Positions 1-9,469 of a stretch of 64,000 nt of DNA are shown piece after piece. The number at the start of each line of letters is the position of its first letter. The first letter of the stretch is position 1. The notes beneath the pieces were generated by a model that was not told the origin of the DNA, did not search any database, and saw nothing but the letters and a program-made list of their open reading frames with translations. The translations under genes were made by a program, and so were the position numbers. Origin of the DNA: a virus; IMG/VR virus record IMGVR_UViG_3300002026_000001, positions 68,837 through 132,836 of that record, one strand, 5' to 3'.

Positions 1-1535
1 TTGTCCTTGTAATAAATCGGAATCGGTGTCGCGTCAAAGATGCGTTGGTGAAACCGCTCTGCTGTCTTCAGGTTTGTAACGTCGGTCAGTAGGCAGAGCA
101 CGCCGTCAAATTCGCCAGAGACGTTTCGCAACGCTGACCTGTAGGCCACAGCATCACGAATCTCACCAGTGATAGCATTTGGAATGCGCAACTCGTACGT
201 CTGTGAATCAACCAAACCAGTTGTCAATTCAGTGTCGCGCAAGTTGTGTTCAGCCAACCCACTTGCAAACTGGCTTTGATATTCGGTAAGCTTGCACGCT
301 GCGTTGTCTGCAATCATGTTCAACACATCAACTCTGGTCCGGCCAATGATCTGGTCGCGTGAAAGACCGATCAGTGTTTCGTACGCTAGGTTGCAACCGC
401 AATACCGCAGGTCACGGTAAAGATAGTACACAGGGTTCTTGACGGACTCCATGAGCGTTGTCTGAAACCTCTGCACAGACAGTAGCTCTGTTAGGTCGAC
501 CATCGTCCCAACGGTTCCAGAAAATGCACCGGCCTTGTCACGCACTGCTGCCGAGTAAAGCGCGATGTTGTGCGGAGTCTTGGTCCGTGATCCAAACACG
601 ATCAGGTTTTGCGTATTCACATCAGCCCGTTCAGCGTCATGCAGAAGCTCGTCAACACTGTCAAGGACTGACGCCGTGCTTGGTGGGAATATGTCAGAAG
701 ACGTTTTCCCCAAGATCATGTCAGGCCGCATTTCCATCAACTTGCAAAATGCTGCGTTGGCACCCAAGAACTTCAGGTCAGCGCCCTTATAGAACACCGG
801 GTTTGGCATTGCCGACAACAAACCGAGTTGCAACTGCGTAAGGTTGTCGATCACTGCGTTCGCTGCAACCTGCTCCGACATATCCTTCAAGACCGCGATG
901 AACACCAGATTGTCAAAGTTGTCCACGTCGATGTTTAGCACGTTGACGTAGGTGTTTATGTCAAGCACCTTGCCGGTCTTGTGGCAGCAGGTGAGTGAAT
1001 GCACCTTGTTCAGTTCAGTGTTCTTCGACTGCACGTACAAGCGGTAGAAGTTTTTGCGCGTGATAAATGGGGTTTGCTCAGTGCAAGTCTCGCGCATGTA
1101 GCGAACAAAGTTCTTTCCCTCGTCAAACAGAGACGCGGCGTTGATCTTGCGCCCAAGTAGAAAGCTAGACGAAGGCTTGCCGACCAACTCGTCATTCGTA
1201 AACCCCAAAAGACGTTCTGCGCTACTGTTGATTTCCAACACGTTGCCGTGGCAATCCAGACTGATAAGAGCGTCCATCATGCTGTCCAAGATGGTAGCGT
1301 TTGTGCGTCTGGCCTTTTCCAACTCCGACGACAACGTCGCTGCCAACTTCACAGCCTCGTTCCGTGTTTCATGCACTTCGCGCTCAAGCGAAGAGTGTGT
1401 CTGTTCGAGACGCAAGAGGTCTTCCTTGCGTAAAATTGGCCGGGAAAAAGACATAACGTCAGCAAGCGTGCGAATCGTCTGCAAGTTTGTTGTATGCGCT
1501 CGACCGGGGATCAGGTTTTTCATAAACTTGAACAT
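1..1535 (-). CDS. Multi-PAS/PAC sensor protein (3'-truncated by the window edge; absent from the ORF track)
   Basis: Manual translation from ATG 1535 stays open to the window edge. It gives PAS-like blocks TILDSMMDALISLDCHGNVLEINSSAERLLGFTNDELVGKP, LLSAMPNPVFYKGADLKFLGANAAFCKLM and LMESVKNPVYYLYRDLRYCGCNLAYETLIG. PAC motifs are SAAVRDKAGAFSGTVGTMVDLTE and SALRNVSGEFDGVLCLLTDVTNLK. A fourth PAS begins IFDATPIPIYYKD. Confidence 0.85.
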   Translation of the reverse strand, partial: MFKFMKNLIPGRAHTTNLQTIRTLADVMSFSRPILRKEDLLRLEQTHSSLEREVHETRNEAVKLAATLSSELEKARRTNATILDSMMDALISLDCHGNVLEINSSAERLLGFTNDELVGKPSSSFLLGRKINAASLFDEGKNFVRYMRETCTEQTPFITRKNFYRLYVQSKNTELNKVHSLTCCHKTGKVLDINTYVNVLNIDVDNFDNLVFIAVLKDMSEQVAANAVIDNLTQLQLGLLSAMPNPVFYKGADLKFLGANAAFCKLMEMRPDMILGKTSSDIFPPSTASVLDSVDELLHDAERADVNTQNLIVFGSRTKTPHNIALYSAAVRDKAGAFSGTVGTMVDLTELLSVQRFQTTLMESVKNPVYYLYRDLRYCGCNLAYETLIGLSRDQIIGRTRVDVLNMIADNAACKLTEYQSQFASGLAEHNLRDTELTTGLVDSQTYELRIPNAITGEIRDAVAYRSALRNVSGEFDGVLCLLTDVTNLKTAERFHQRIFDATPIPIYYKD

Positions 1536-1536
1536 G

Positions 1537-1872
1537 TCAACCACCACGTCTAGTCATTACTGAGATAGTGGTAAGCACCGCTTTGACTTCACTGATTGCT
1601 TCACGAATGCTTATCTGGCTTTGGTGATACTTCTCAATGATCGAGAGAAGCATTTCACGTTCTTCACCATTCTTGTCGCTGATTAGCGTTTGCAGCTTGT
1701 CAACGACTTCTCTATACTGCTTAACGTCCTCGCGGTGTTCTTTGTTCGTGTTGTACTTGTTCCAAGCTAAATAGCCGATGATTAGCATCAGTATTGCGAC
1801 AAGACCATTTCCGGTCCCGCCCAACACCGCGTCTACGAGTTTTCCTAGCGTTTCTGTCATGTCGCTCTCCAA
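1537..1872 (-). CDS. Small membrane protein (one TM segment plus coiled coil; probable start ATG 1860), translationally coupled to the PAS gene
   Basis: Hydrophobic GLVAILMLIIGYLAW followed by a helical charged region; its TGA abuts the PAS ATG (TGAcATG). Confidence 0.6.
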   Translation of the reverse strand: MESDMTETLGKLVDAVLGGTGNGLVAILMLIIGYLAWNKYNTNKEHREDVKQYREVVDKLQTLISDKNGEEREMLLSIIEKYHQSQISIREAISEVKAVLTTISVMTRRGG

Positions 1873-1960
1873 TTGCCTACCAATTCAAATTAGAAAGCTT
1901 GAAAAAATCACAACATATAAACGACAAAAAGCCCACCGAAGTGAGCGTTTGTCAGAGTCA

Positions 1961-2185
1961 TTATTTTCCAGCGTTGGGCATCTTCTTCGCGACATTGTCG
2001 ACAATGATTGCCATTTCTTCTTTGAACTTGTCGACGTCCTTACCGACAAACGCTTCTGCAACTGCGTTGCCAGTGTCGCCGCCGAGACCTTTCATCATTG
2101 CTGACAGGAAGATGCTGCGGTGGCCTTTCGGCTTTTTGCCTTTTGATTCTGAGACCGTGTTGCCAAATGCGATAAGAGTTTTCAT
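1961..2185 (-). CDS. Hypothetical protein
   Basis: ORF in the co-directional gene array with an ATG start; no recognised motif. Confidence 0.5.
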   Translation of the reverse strand: MKTLIAFGNTVSESKGKKPKGHRSIFLSAMMKGLGGDTGNAVAEAFVGKDVDKFKEEMAIIVDNVAKKMPNAGK

Positions 2186-2578
2186 TTCAGTTCCTTTGAA
2201 GTGGTTGGTTTTTGACTCTGGTCTTTAATCACAAGTGCTTTCATAAGCTCAACTCCGTCATCGCGTAGCCTGACCAACAGAGTTTCTCCAATGTAATCCT
2301 TTGGCAATTGAATGGTGACGACACCATCGACCGGTACTTGTATCTTCATTATCTCATGTCCGAAGTAATCCAGATACTGCAAGTGAAATTATCGTTCGCT
2401 GCAACCGTGGTGCTGGTAGTTGCCCCATTAGCACCTGCATCAAACGTTTTGCTTCACCACGTTTACGCTCGGCGCTGATCTGATCGGAAAGTGCCTTCCC
2501 AAGAAGCTTCTTTCCAAGATCGGTCATCCTTTTCAAATCTTCAGCATCCCTATCCATGCGCGATTCCTTATGTCGTGT

Positions 2579-3136
2579 TTAACCGAAAAGAAACTCTTTG
2601 AACGCGTCTTCATACGTCTTTGTGTTGTTCTCGTTGCGAATCCCGTGGTTCATCCACTTAGTGAACTCGGCAACGTCACTCTTCGCATGGCGTGCACGGT
2701 ACCCGACGAACAGTAGTTGGGTTGGAACCTCATGGATTCCAGACTTCTTGAGGAATTCCATGCGTGCGCGACCTTCATGACCTTCAACAACTGCAAGACC
2801 ACCTGTCCCATCAACAAATTCGTCGATGTTTAGATACAGGCACGGACAACCAAACCCGTACCCATTGTCAACTTTGTCTTGCAAGTATGGAACGCGCTCT
2901 CCGACGTCTGCGTCAGGCTTTGCCAAATTCAGGTACGTGGCGGGTGACATCATAGTCATGCACCCTTTGTAAAGCACGTTTTGGTTGTCGGGCGTTGCAC
3001 CAAGACCACCAACGTTGTCGATGTAGATCGTGCCTGTCAAACGGTACGCTGACTCGGCAACAGCTAATGAAAAGGTCGGGAGCTTTGCAACCTGATCCGG
3101 GGTACGCTTCTTGTTACTAGATACTGAAATCAACAT
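2579..3136 (-). CDS. Putative ParB/Srx-fold protein
   Basis: VVEGHEGRARM resembles the ParB/Srx GxHR motif, preceded by a PCLYL beta strand. Confidence 0.4.
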   Translation of the reverse strand: MLISVSSNKKRTPDQVAKLPTFSLAVAESAYRLTGTIYIDNVGGLGATPDNQNVLYKGCMTMMSPATYLNLAKPDADVGERVPYLQDKVDNGYGFGCPCLYLNIDEFVDGTGGLAVVEGHEGRARMEFLKKSGIHEVPTQLLFVGYRARHAKSDVAEFTKWMNHGIRNENNTKTYEDAFKEFLFG

Positions 3137-3148
3137 AGTACAGTTCCT

Positions 3149-3787
3149 TTACAGCTTGTAGAATTTACCAGAGCAGACGATCCCGTCTGCTCCTTCCTTT
3201 GTTGCAACGGCTTCAGTGCGACCGTCGACAACTTTCACAAAGTTCCACAAAACGTCACGACCATCAATGTTGCTGTTCTTCTGAATACCGCCGTGGTAAG
3301 TTCCGGTCAGCTTTGAGATAAGAAGCTTTGCGGTGATCTTGGACGCTGACGTGCTGACTGTCCTTTTCCCATTAGACATTTTAACGCCTGTCTTTTGTAT
3401 GAATGCAATAGCTTCCTTTACCTCTTTTGCACCACCATACAAAGGTTTGGAGTCAGAATTCCCCATGAACTTTTTTACAAATTCAACTTCGTCAAACGGC
3501 CCCTTAACGGAGCAAGAGTTTTCCATCGAAAAGTCGACCTCAATCTCTTCTTTACTTCTCTGACCTAAATAGTCTACTGGAAGTCCGTCAACGACCAACA
3601 CCACGTGGGTTACTTCATATGGAATTGACCGGCTGAATTTCTCACCGTTAGTGTTGCTGAGAATGAAAAGTCGACCTGAAGGGAAAATAGTTTTCAAGGC
3701 AACTGCGTAGATTCCACACCCCTCGCTCATGTAATAGTGACTGGTGTTGTGGGTTGCCGACAAAGCAAGGCTAATAACGGTTTTCAT
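3149..3787 (-). CDS. Hypothetical protein
   Basis: 212-aa ORF; its start overlaps the ligase stop (ATGA). Confidence 0.6.
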   Translation of the reverse strand: MKTVISLALSATHNTSHYYMSEGCGIYAVALKTIFPSGRLFILSNTNGEKFSRSIPYEVTHVVLVVDGLPVDYLGQRSKEEIEVDFSMENSCSVKGPFDEVEFVKKFMGNSDSKPLYGGAKEVKEAIAFIQKTGVKMSNGKRTVSTSASKITAKLLISKLTGTYHGGIQKNSNIDGRDVLWNFVKVVDGRTEAVATKEGADGIVCSGKFYKL

Positions 3788-5793
3788 ATACCAAGTTCTT
3801 TGTTCAGTTGTTGGAGGCTGAGAATCTTGACCCCCTTTGCACGTGCAGCGTCCAATTTGCCGCTGCTGGCGTTGGGGTCTTTTGCGACCAACAATGTCGT
3901 TGTACCACTAACGCTGCCACCAACCTTACCGCCTTGTTCAGCAATTGCGGCCTCTGCTGCTGCGGAACGAACACCGGTAAACACAACGACCTGACCTGAC
4001 ATCTTGTTGCCGACAACTTTCGGTTTCACATCGGCCTTAAACGTGATAGGCAACGTCTGTAGGAACAGGAAACACTTAGTCAGGTTTGCGATAATCGGTG
4101 CTGCTGACTTCTCTTTGAAACCTGCGACGTCTTGCAACTGCGCTTCGATGCTAAGTGCAGTGTGCTTGATCGACATATCGAACAGCTTCGGACGTGCTTC
4201 TTTCAGTGAACGAAGTTTACGTTCACCAAGCAAAGGCCCGAGAATACCGGACCCCGCCATAACCTTGACCAAGTCTGCGTTGGTGCATGCCTTCTCGATG
4301 TTGCCTTGAATCTTTTCTGCTTTGCGCAACTGCCAACCCGGAAGGTTGATGTAGTCTTTCACGCGCAACTTGATGATCTTGCCAACCGTGTCGTATCCAG
4401 CGGCAAACAACTGCTGCACAACACCGAGGCCCATGTCATCAACCATCAGACCTTTCTGGAAGAAGTGCGTGATAGCTTTCACCTTCGTCGTGTCATTGCC
4501 GTGAACACCGCCGCCAGTCGAGGACTTGAGAACAAACTGCGTACCATTCTCATCCCACTCATAATCCCCAACCAGCTTCTTGTCAGGCAAAGACGCGTTT
4601 GCACTTGGCTTCACGACGCTTTGAATGTATGGGATAACTTCACCGCTACGAATGATTGCGACTGTCGAACCAACGTTGAGCTTGTTGTCGACGATGAACT
4701 TGGCGTTGTGTGCTGTTGCATGTGTGACTGTTACGCCAGCCAGCTTGACAGGTGCAACGGTGATGCGCGGAACAATGCGACCATGACGTGAGGGACGCCA
4801 TTCGATCAGCGTGACCTTGGTCTCAGCGTAGTTTCCTTCGCTCGGAGCTTTGAATGCAATCATCGACAACGGGTTGCGCTCTGTCAACTTGTACGGAACG
4901 TCTTGTGCAATGACGATCCCGTCAATCATGTGGTCGGCCTTCTCGCGTGCGCGAAGATATTTCAGAACCTGTTCCTCGTTGAGTGTCTTGGCGACGATGT
5001 GGTGAACGGTTTTGAAACCTTGGGCCTCTGCCCACTTGAGTGCGTCAGAGGGCTTCATGCGCTTGTGCAAAACGTCAAACACCAGCGGCTCTACTGAGCC
5101 TATTGCTTCGTGCATGCCGCGAGTCTTGTTGACGATCCCGCTAGTCAGATTTCGTGCATTCTTGTACTTGCCAGCCCACTTCTTTTCAAACTCGGACTTC
5201 GACATGATGATTTCAGCACGCACACCAGTCTCAGCACCAGTAGGTGCACGCTTTGGCAACTTCAAATGCTGGATCGCATGTGACCAATCCATCCCGTGAG
5301 TTGCGGTACCTCCCTTGTACAACTTGTCGAAAACTCCGTTGTGTGACAGAAGCTCCATCGACACACCGTCCAGCTTGTCACTGAGAATGTACGGGCCGGG
5401 GTGCTTTGCCGCCCACTTCGCTAGACTTCCGTCACCATAGTACTTCTTGTCCAACGACGGCATCAGGTACGGTAGCTCAACTTCAATCTGCTTGACACCG
5501 ACAGGCGAACGCGTTTGCGCAACCAACTTGCTTTCAGGTTGCGCTTCCTTCAACGCGGCCTCAAGAACATCGTACCGCGCATCGGTGATTTCCAGAAACT
5601 TCGTTGTTACTTTTTTCGGTGTATCAGGCAACTCAATGTCGCCACGGACAAGTTTACCAAACGCAACAATCTCAGCGACCAACGGAGTCAGCTTTTCAAC
5701 AGGGACTTTGAAAAACCTGTCCTTGTTGTAATACGTGTCCTTGGATACTTCGATCAATTTTGTAATCTGTGAAATGTCACGTTTGGTAAACAT
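3784..5793 (-). CDS. ligA: NAD-dependent DNA ligase
   Basis: Adenylation motif SDKLDG, DGIVI, AFK, OB-fold WRPSRHGRIVP/THATAHN/IIRSGEVIPYI, HhH region, and C-terminal BRCT (GQVVVFTG...SVSGTTTLLV...GKLDAARAKGVKI). Confidence 0.95.
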   Translation of the reverse strand: MFTKRDISQITKLIEVSKDTYYNKDRFFKVPVEKLTPLVAEIVAFGKLVRGDIELPDTPKKVTTKFLEITDARYDVLEAALKEAQPESKLVAQTRSPVGVKQIEVELPYLMPSLDKKYYGDGSLAKWAAKHPGPYILSDKLDGVSMELLSHNGVFDKLYKGGTATHGMDWSHAIQHLKLPKRAPTGAETGVRAEIIMSKSEFEKKWAGKYKNARNLTSGIVNKTRGMHEAIGSVEPLVFDVLHKRMKPSDALKWAEAQGFKTVHHIVAKTLNEEQVLKYLRAREKADHMIDGIVIAQDVPYKLTERNPLSMIAFKAPSEGNYAETKVTLIEWRPSRHGRIVPRITVAPVKLAGVTVTHATAHNAKFIVDNKLNVGSTVAIIRSGEVIPYIQSVVKPSANASLPDKKLVGDYEWDENGTQFVLKSSTGGGVHGNDTTKVKAITHFFQKGLMVDDMGLGVVQQLFAAGYDTVGKIIKLRVKDYINLPGWQLRKAEKIQGNIEKACTNADLVKVMAGSGILGPLLGERKLRSLKEARPKLFDMSIKHTALSIEAQLQDVAGFKEKSAAPIIANLTKCFLFLQTLPITFKADVKPKVVGNKMSGQVVVFTGVRSAAAEAAIAEQGGKVGGSVSGTTTLLVAKDPNASSGKLDAARAKGVKILSLQQLNKELGI

Positions 5794-5806
5794 TTGTCTG
5801 TCTCGG

Positions 5807-6394
5807 TTATCGGGTTAAAACAATCTTGGCAAGAGCGGTTACAACCATAGGGTCGTACGTGGTTCCGCTTTTGATAATGTCAAGGGTTTCGGCTCTTGAA
5901 AATGCACGCTTGTAGGTTCTCGCTTGTGTCATTGCGTCAAAACCGTCTGCAACCGCAATAATACGTGCCAGAAGATTTATGTCGCTCCCACTGACATTGT
6001 CTGGATAGCCTGACCCGTCGAAGTGTTCGTGAGTTTGAACGATTACGTCAGCAACTTCCTCAGAACCGTCAATGCCGGACGCTTTAATGATCCTAGAGCC
6101 AGCATTTGAGTGTGTCTTCATCACTTCAAACTCAAGACTCGTCAACTCAAAATGACTGAGAAGAATATTGTCAGGAATTCCAATCTTTCCAATATCGTGC
6201 ATCAGGGATGCCACTTCAAGAACTTGCAGGGCTTCGTCTGGAAGGAAGCCCAAGCAGTCAGCAAGCAGCATAGAAAGTTTGTGGACTCGAATACAGTGCT
6301 CGGCGGTACGAGCGTCCTTTTCGAGAATGGCTTGCAACAGTGATGATTTTAAAGGGTTCATTCTTGGTATACTCTTCAAACCTGATTGTCCCAC
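5807..6394 (-). CDS. HD-GYP domain phosphodiesterase (RpfG-like, stand-alone)
   Basis: HDIGKIGIPDNIL, HEHFDGSGYP, ARIIAVADGFDAMT..R.YK signature motifs. Confidence 0.92.
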   Translation of the reverse strand: MGQSGLKSIPRMNPLKSSLLQAILEKDARTAEHCIRVHKLSMLLADCLGFLPDEALQVLEVASLMHDIGKIGIPDNILLSHFELTSLEFEVMKTHSNAGSRIIKASGIDGSEEVADVIVQTHEHFDGSGYPDNVSGSDINLLARIIAVADGFDAMTQARTYKRAFSRAETLDIIKSGTTYDPMVVTALAKIVLTR

Positions 6395-6421
6395 ATCAGG
6401 TGTTGTGCAACAGAGACTAGT

Positions 6422-6745
6422 CTACCCTTTGGGATTTTTTTCTTGAAACTCTTTGTATAGTTTTTTGACCTTGTCCTTATTGCGTGGAACGTCGGAGTCA
6501 AGCTTCAACATTAGACGCACGGCTTCGAGCTTCGACTCAACTTCATCGAGCCACTCGTTATGTTCTGCCACACCTTCTGAATCTTGGTGGTTGGAGTCAA
6601 TCCATTGCTTGAAACGCTTTGCTTCTGCAACGTACTGCGGTATGAAATCCATCAGCACTATTATTGGGAATGGCTGAGTGTAATCTGGAAGTGGGTGCTT
6701 ACCAACTTCGTATTTAAAACCAGAGATAGAGATTTTCATGGTCAT
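6422..6745 (-). CDS. Hypothetical protein (N-terminal MKISIS motif)
   Basis: 107-aa ORF in the array. Confidence 0.55.
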   Translation of the reverse strand: MTMKISISGFKYEVGKHPLPDYTQPFPIIVLMDFIPQYVAEAKRFKQWIDSNHQDSEGVAEHNEWLDEVESKLEAVRLMLKLDSDVPRNKDKVKKLYKEFQEKNPKG

Positions 6746-7848
6746 GACCGCTTATCCGAGATTTCCAGTTTAGCGTAGTAGGACAGTATCGTTCCAGAGA
6801 AGACACCGCCCCAAGGCATTCCAACATTTGCAACGACAGCCCTACCAGTTTGAAACTTGCCAACTGGTAAGTTCTTTTGATCTACAATCATCTTGGCGAG
6901 TTTTTGAGCAGCACGTTGAAACTTTGGAAAGAAGTCCCAGCCCTTCAGGTCAAGAGTTGCTGGCTTATAGATTGCGGCCGTTACAGAAGTTGTTGTGACC
7001 TGCAAGACACAAACGACTTCACCTGTTTGACTACGCGCAGTGAATTTCGCGTAAGCAACACCGTTGTCAAACCCGTGTGAAATGTCAGTTTCTTTAGCGA
7101 GAGTCTTCGCGCATGCTAGTGCATACGGCTCGAAGTCATGACCTAGCACATCAAACAAACCGGTCAGCTTTACCTGACCTTTTTCAGGCTTCAGCAACGA
7201 AGAGCGTTTCTTCAACTCTCTGACAGAGTCTTCTTTGATTATGTAGACTACACCGTCGCGGATCACGCACGGGTACCCTTTGAATGTCGTCAGCTTGAAC
7301 AGCTTCCCCTTGCTCAACGTCAACACGCGTTCTCCAGAACGCATCTTAACCGGACGGTCAAAATTGTACATGAAGTGCTGAACCTTCAGGTCAGCAGATG
7401 ACGACATGAACTGGTCACTAGAAACCGATTCAGCAAAGTCCATTGCCATCTGACGTACGTCTTCGTCGGTCTCCGCTGTCCATTCACCGCGCTCTGGCGT
7501 GTATGCGCAATCACCTTCCTTTACAGTGTCCCCAATCTGGAACCCGTAGATTGCGCGGTGTGACCAACCGTACCACTTTCCATCTTTCTCAGAAAACCCA
7601 ATACTGCAAACGGTGTGGTCAGGTTTCGCCACCACCGGTGCAATGCCGTACTTGTCGCAATAGATTTTCGCAGCCCTCACATCACCAATGTACTGACCTT
7701 GAGGGTTGTAAGCCGCTTCGATGGTGACAGGGTTTTCAGGATCAAACTTCATGCTCCAGACTTCGGTGTTGACAACGTACAAGCCTTTGTCCACGCTATC
7801 CAGAACAACCTTTTCAATATCGCTACAAAGACTTATAAACATGGTCAA
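6742..7848 (-). CDS. Hypothetical protein
   Basis: 368-aa ORF with overlapping start/stop on both sides. Confidence 0.65.
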   Translation of the reverse strand: MTMFISLCSDIEKVVLDSVDKGLYVVNTEVWSMKFDPENPVTIEAAYNPQGQYIGDVRAAKIYCDKYGIAPVVAKPDHTVCSIGFSEKDGKWYGWSHRAIYGFQIGDTVKEGDCAYTPERGEWTAETDEDVRQMAMDFAESVSSDQFMSSSADLKVQHFMYNFDRPVKMRSGERVLTLSKGKLFKLTTFKGYPCVIRDGVVYIIKEDSVRELKKRSSLLKPEKGQVKLTGLFDVLGHDFEPYALACAKTLAKETDISHGFDNGVAYAKFTARSQTGEVVCVLQVTTTSVTAAIYKPATLDLKGWDFFPKFQRAAQKLAKMIVDQKNLPVGKFQTGRAVVANVGMPWGGVFSGTILSYYAKLEISDKRS

Positions 7849-8219
7849 CTCCGTTTGAGGACTTTCAACTTCGCAACGTCTAGTGCAATGTACATGTCGC
7901 CGACCGCACCGTAATCACGAAAGCCTTTGATCTTTATCAGGTCACAGCGTCGGCGACGTGCGTCGGCAATAACCTTTTCAATGTCTTCCAGTTCGTGTTC
8001 TTCTGGAATCTTTTTCCCATCGACTTCGTACATGTTGTCGTAGTCGACCCGAACAGTGTAGAGAATCTTGCCAAAGCGTTGCGCACGAACTTTGGAAGGC
8101 GTCAGAAAAACTCCACCTTCGGCAGACGAGTCCAATGAAAACGTGTTGAACTCTTTTCCGCTGCCGTGATACAAGATGATGAATTTCGGTTTAGCTGACA
8201 GCGAGACGAGTACTAACAT
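7845..8219 (-). CDS. Putative ADP-ribosyltransferase-fold protein
   Basis: LYHGSGKEFNTF...GVFLTPSKVRAQRFG matches the HG..F / G.F.T...A..Y pattern of small phage ART-like domains. Confidence 0.5.
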   Translation of the reverse strand: MLVLVSLSAKPKFIILYHGSGKEFNTFSLDSSAEGGVFLTPSKVRAQRFGKILYTVRVDYDNMYEVDGKKIPEEHELEDIEKVIADARRRRCDLIKIKGFRDYGAVGDMYIALDVAKLKVLKRS

Positions 8220-8222
8220 GGC

Positions 8223-8975
8223 TCACCTGATTTTGATTTTGATCTTGCCAGCAGACTCACTACGAGTGTAGCGGCGGAACTCTTCCGGCAACTCGGTGTC
8301 TGTGAAGTCGTCTTCGTCAGGAAGTTCTAGACGGGACATCTTGACTTTGACTGGACCTTCATCAACGTCGTCGTCAGCAACTAGCTGAGTGACTGTCGCC
8401 TTGCGCTTGATAGGCTTGACGATGATCGGATGCGTAGACACACCACCGATAACAACACGACGAATATCGCGGATCAACGCTGTTCCATTGGCGGTCGCTG
8501 CTTTCTGGACTTGCTTGATACACCAGTTCTTGAAGTCAACGCGCTCGGCATCGTCTTTCAAACTCGGCAACGCTTTTTCAAACTTTGACAGTGTCAGAGT
8601 CGCAGCAGAACCAACGAGCTTCGCGTAAATTTGTTCACGCGAGACTGCAACCTTTACTGGTTGACGTGCAACAACTTTCGGTGCAACAGGTTTCGCAGCC
8701 TTCACAGGCTTTTGGATAACCGGGGTCTTCCCCTTAAACTCTTTCGCCTTATCCATCAAGCGTTCACTCTTGGGAATTGCCAGACGGAAGGTGACACCAG
8801 TAGTCAGAAGAATCTCATCTTCCGGCTTTCCTTTGAGTTCTCGCACACCAAACAAATCGTTTTTGCTGATCTTAACCTTCTCATCTTTCACGGTCACGAT
8901 GGTAGCGCGTTCACTACTATAGCGCATCCAGTAAAACTTTGCCGCATCAGCAGCAGATAGTGAGAGCATGTTCAT
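8223..8975 (-). CDS. Hypothetical protein (basic, K/A/P-rich linker)
   Basis: 250-aa ORF. Confidence 0.6.
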   Translation of the reverse strand: MNMLSLSAADAAKFYWMRYSSERATIVTVKDEKVKISKNDLFGVRELKGKPEDEILLTTGVTFRLAIPKSERLMDKAKEFKGKTPVIQKPVKAAKPVAPKVVARQPVKVAVSREQIYAKLVGSAATLTLSKFEKALPSLKDDAERVDFKNWCIKQVQKAATANGTALIRDIRRVVIGGVSTHPIIVKPIKRKATVTQLVADDDVDEGPVKVKMSRLELPDEDDFTDTELPEEFRRYTRSESAGKIKIKIR

Positions 8976-9469
8976 TCCTTAATGTCCTCGAAATTCTCGC
9001 CACCAAAAGCTAGACGCAGGTTTGCGTCTTGAACAGCCTTGTTAATGGTTTTGAGAGTTGCAGCGGGAAGACTTCCGTAACCGCTTGCAAGTGTTACGTG
9101 TGGTTCATAGGTTGGGAAACTGTGTACGGCACCAGTCGCCAACCAGTGGCGGTGACGAGCCTGAAGATCGTCAGAGTAAAGAGCAGCAACCAGATAACCC
9201 TTTTGGTCATGGCCCGGCCACTGTTTGATTGAATCGACCATAGCATCGAACTGCCGATCACCCTTCTCAGCAACATCAACAGCTATCAATTGGTGAGGTT
9301 GGTGGTAACGACTGTACATTAGCGTGCAGTGCGCTTCGTCTAGATCGAGCATAAAGTCAGGTGGCAGCAGCGGAGTGATAACGTTGAGAAGCCGACGCAT
9401 TCCGTAAACGGGAGTCACACAAACATAGATGCCGGACTTTCCAGAATAACGTGTAGTTGTTTTCATCAC
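8972..9469 (-). CDS. acb1: Acb1-like (T4 57B-like) 2H phosphodiesterase, candidate anti-CBASS nuclease
   Basis: Two HxT motifs (AHCTLMYSR, EPHVTLA), N-terminal GIYV, and LYSDDLQARHRHWLATGAVHSF, colinear with my recollection of T4 Acb1 (GLYV, HSTICYSR, LDSEYLRCRH..ARALGATHDF, PHITL). Confidence 0.85.
   Translation of the reverse strand: MMKTTTRYSGKSGIYVCVTPVYGMRRLLNVITPLLPPDFMLDLDEAHCTLMYSRYHQPHQLIAVDVAEKGDRQFDAMVDSIKQWPGHDQKGYLVAALYSDDLQARHRHWLATGAVHSFPTYEPHVTLASGYGSLPAATLKTINKAVQDANLRLAFGGENFEDIKE

Noticed and set aside
1141-2228. Plus-strand ORFs in the first 2.3 kb
   Set aside because: They are antisense to the PAS and membrane genes and have no motifs.
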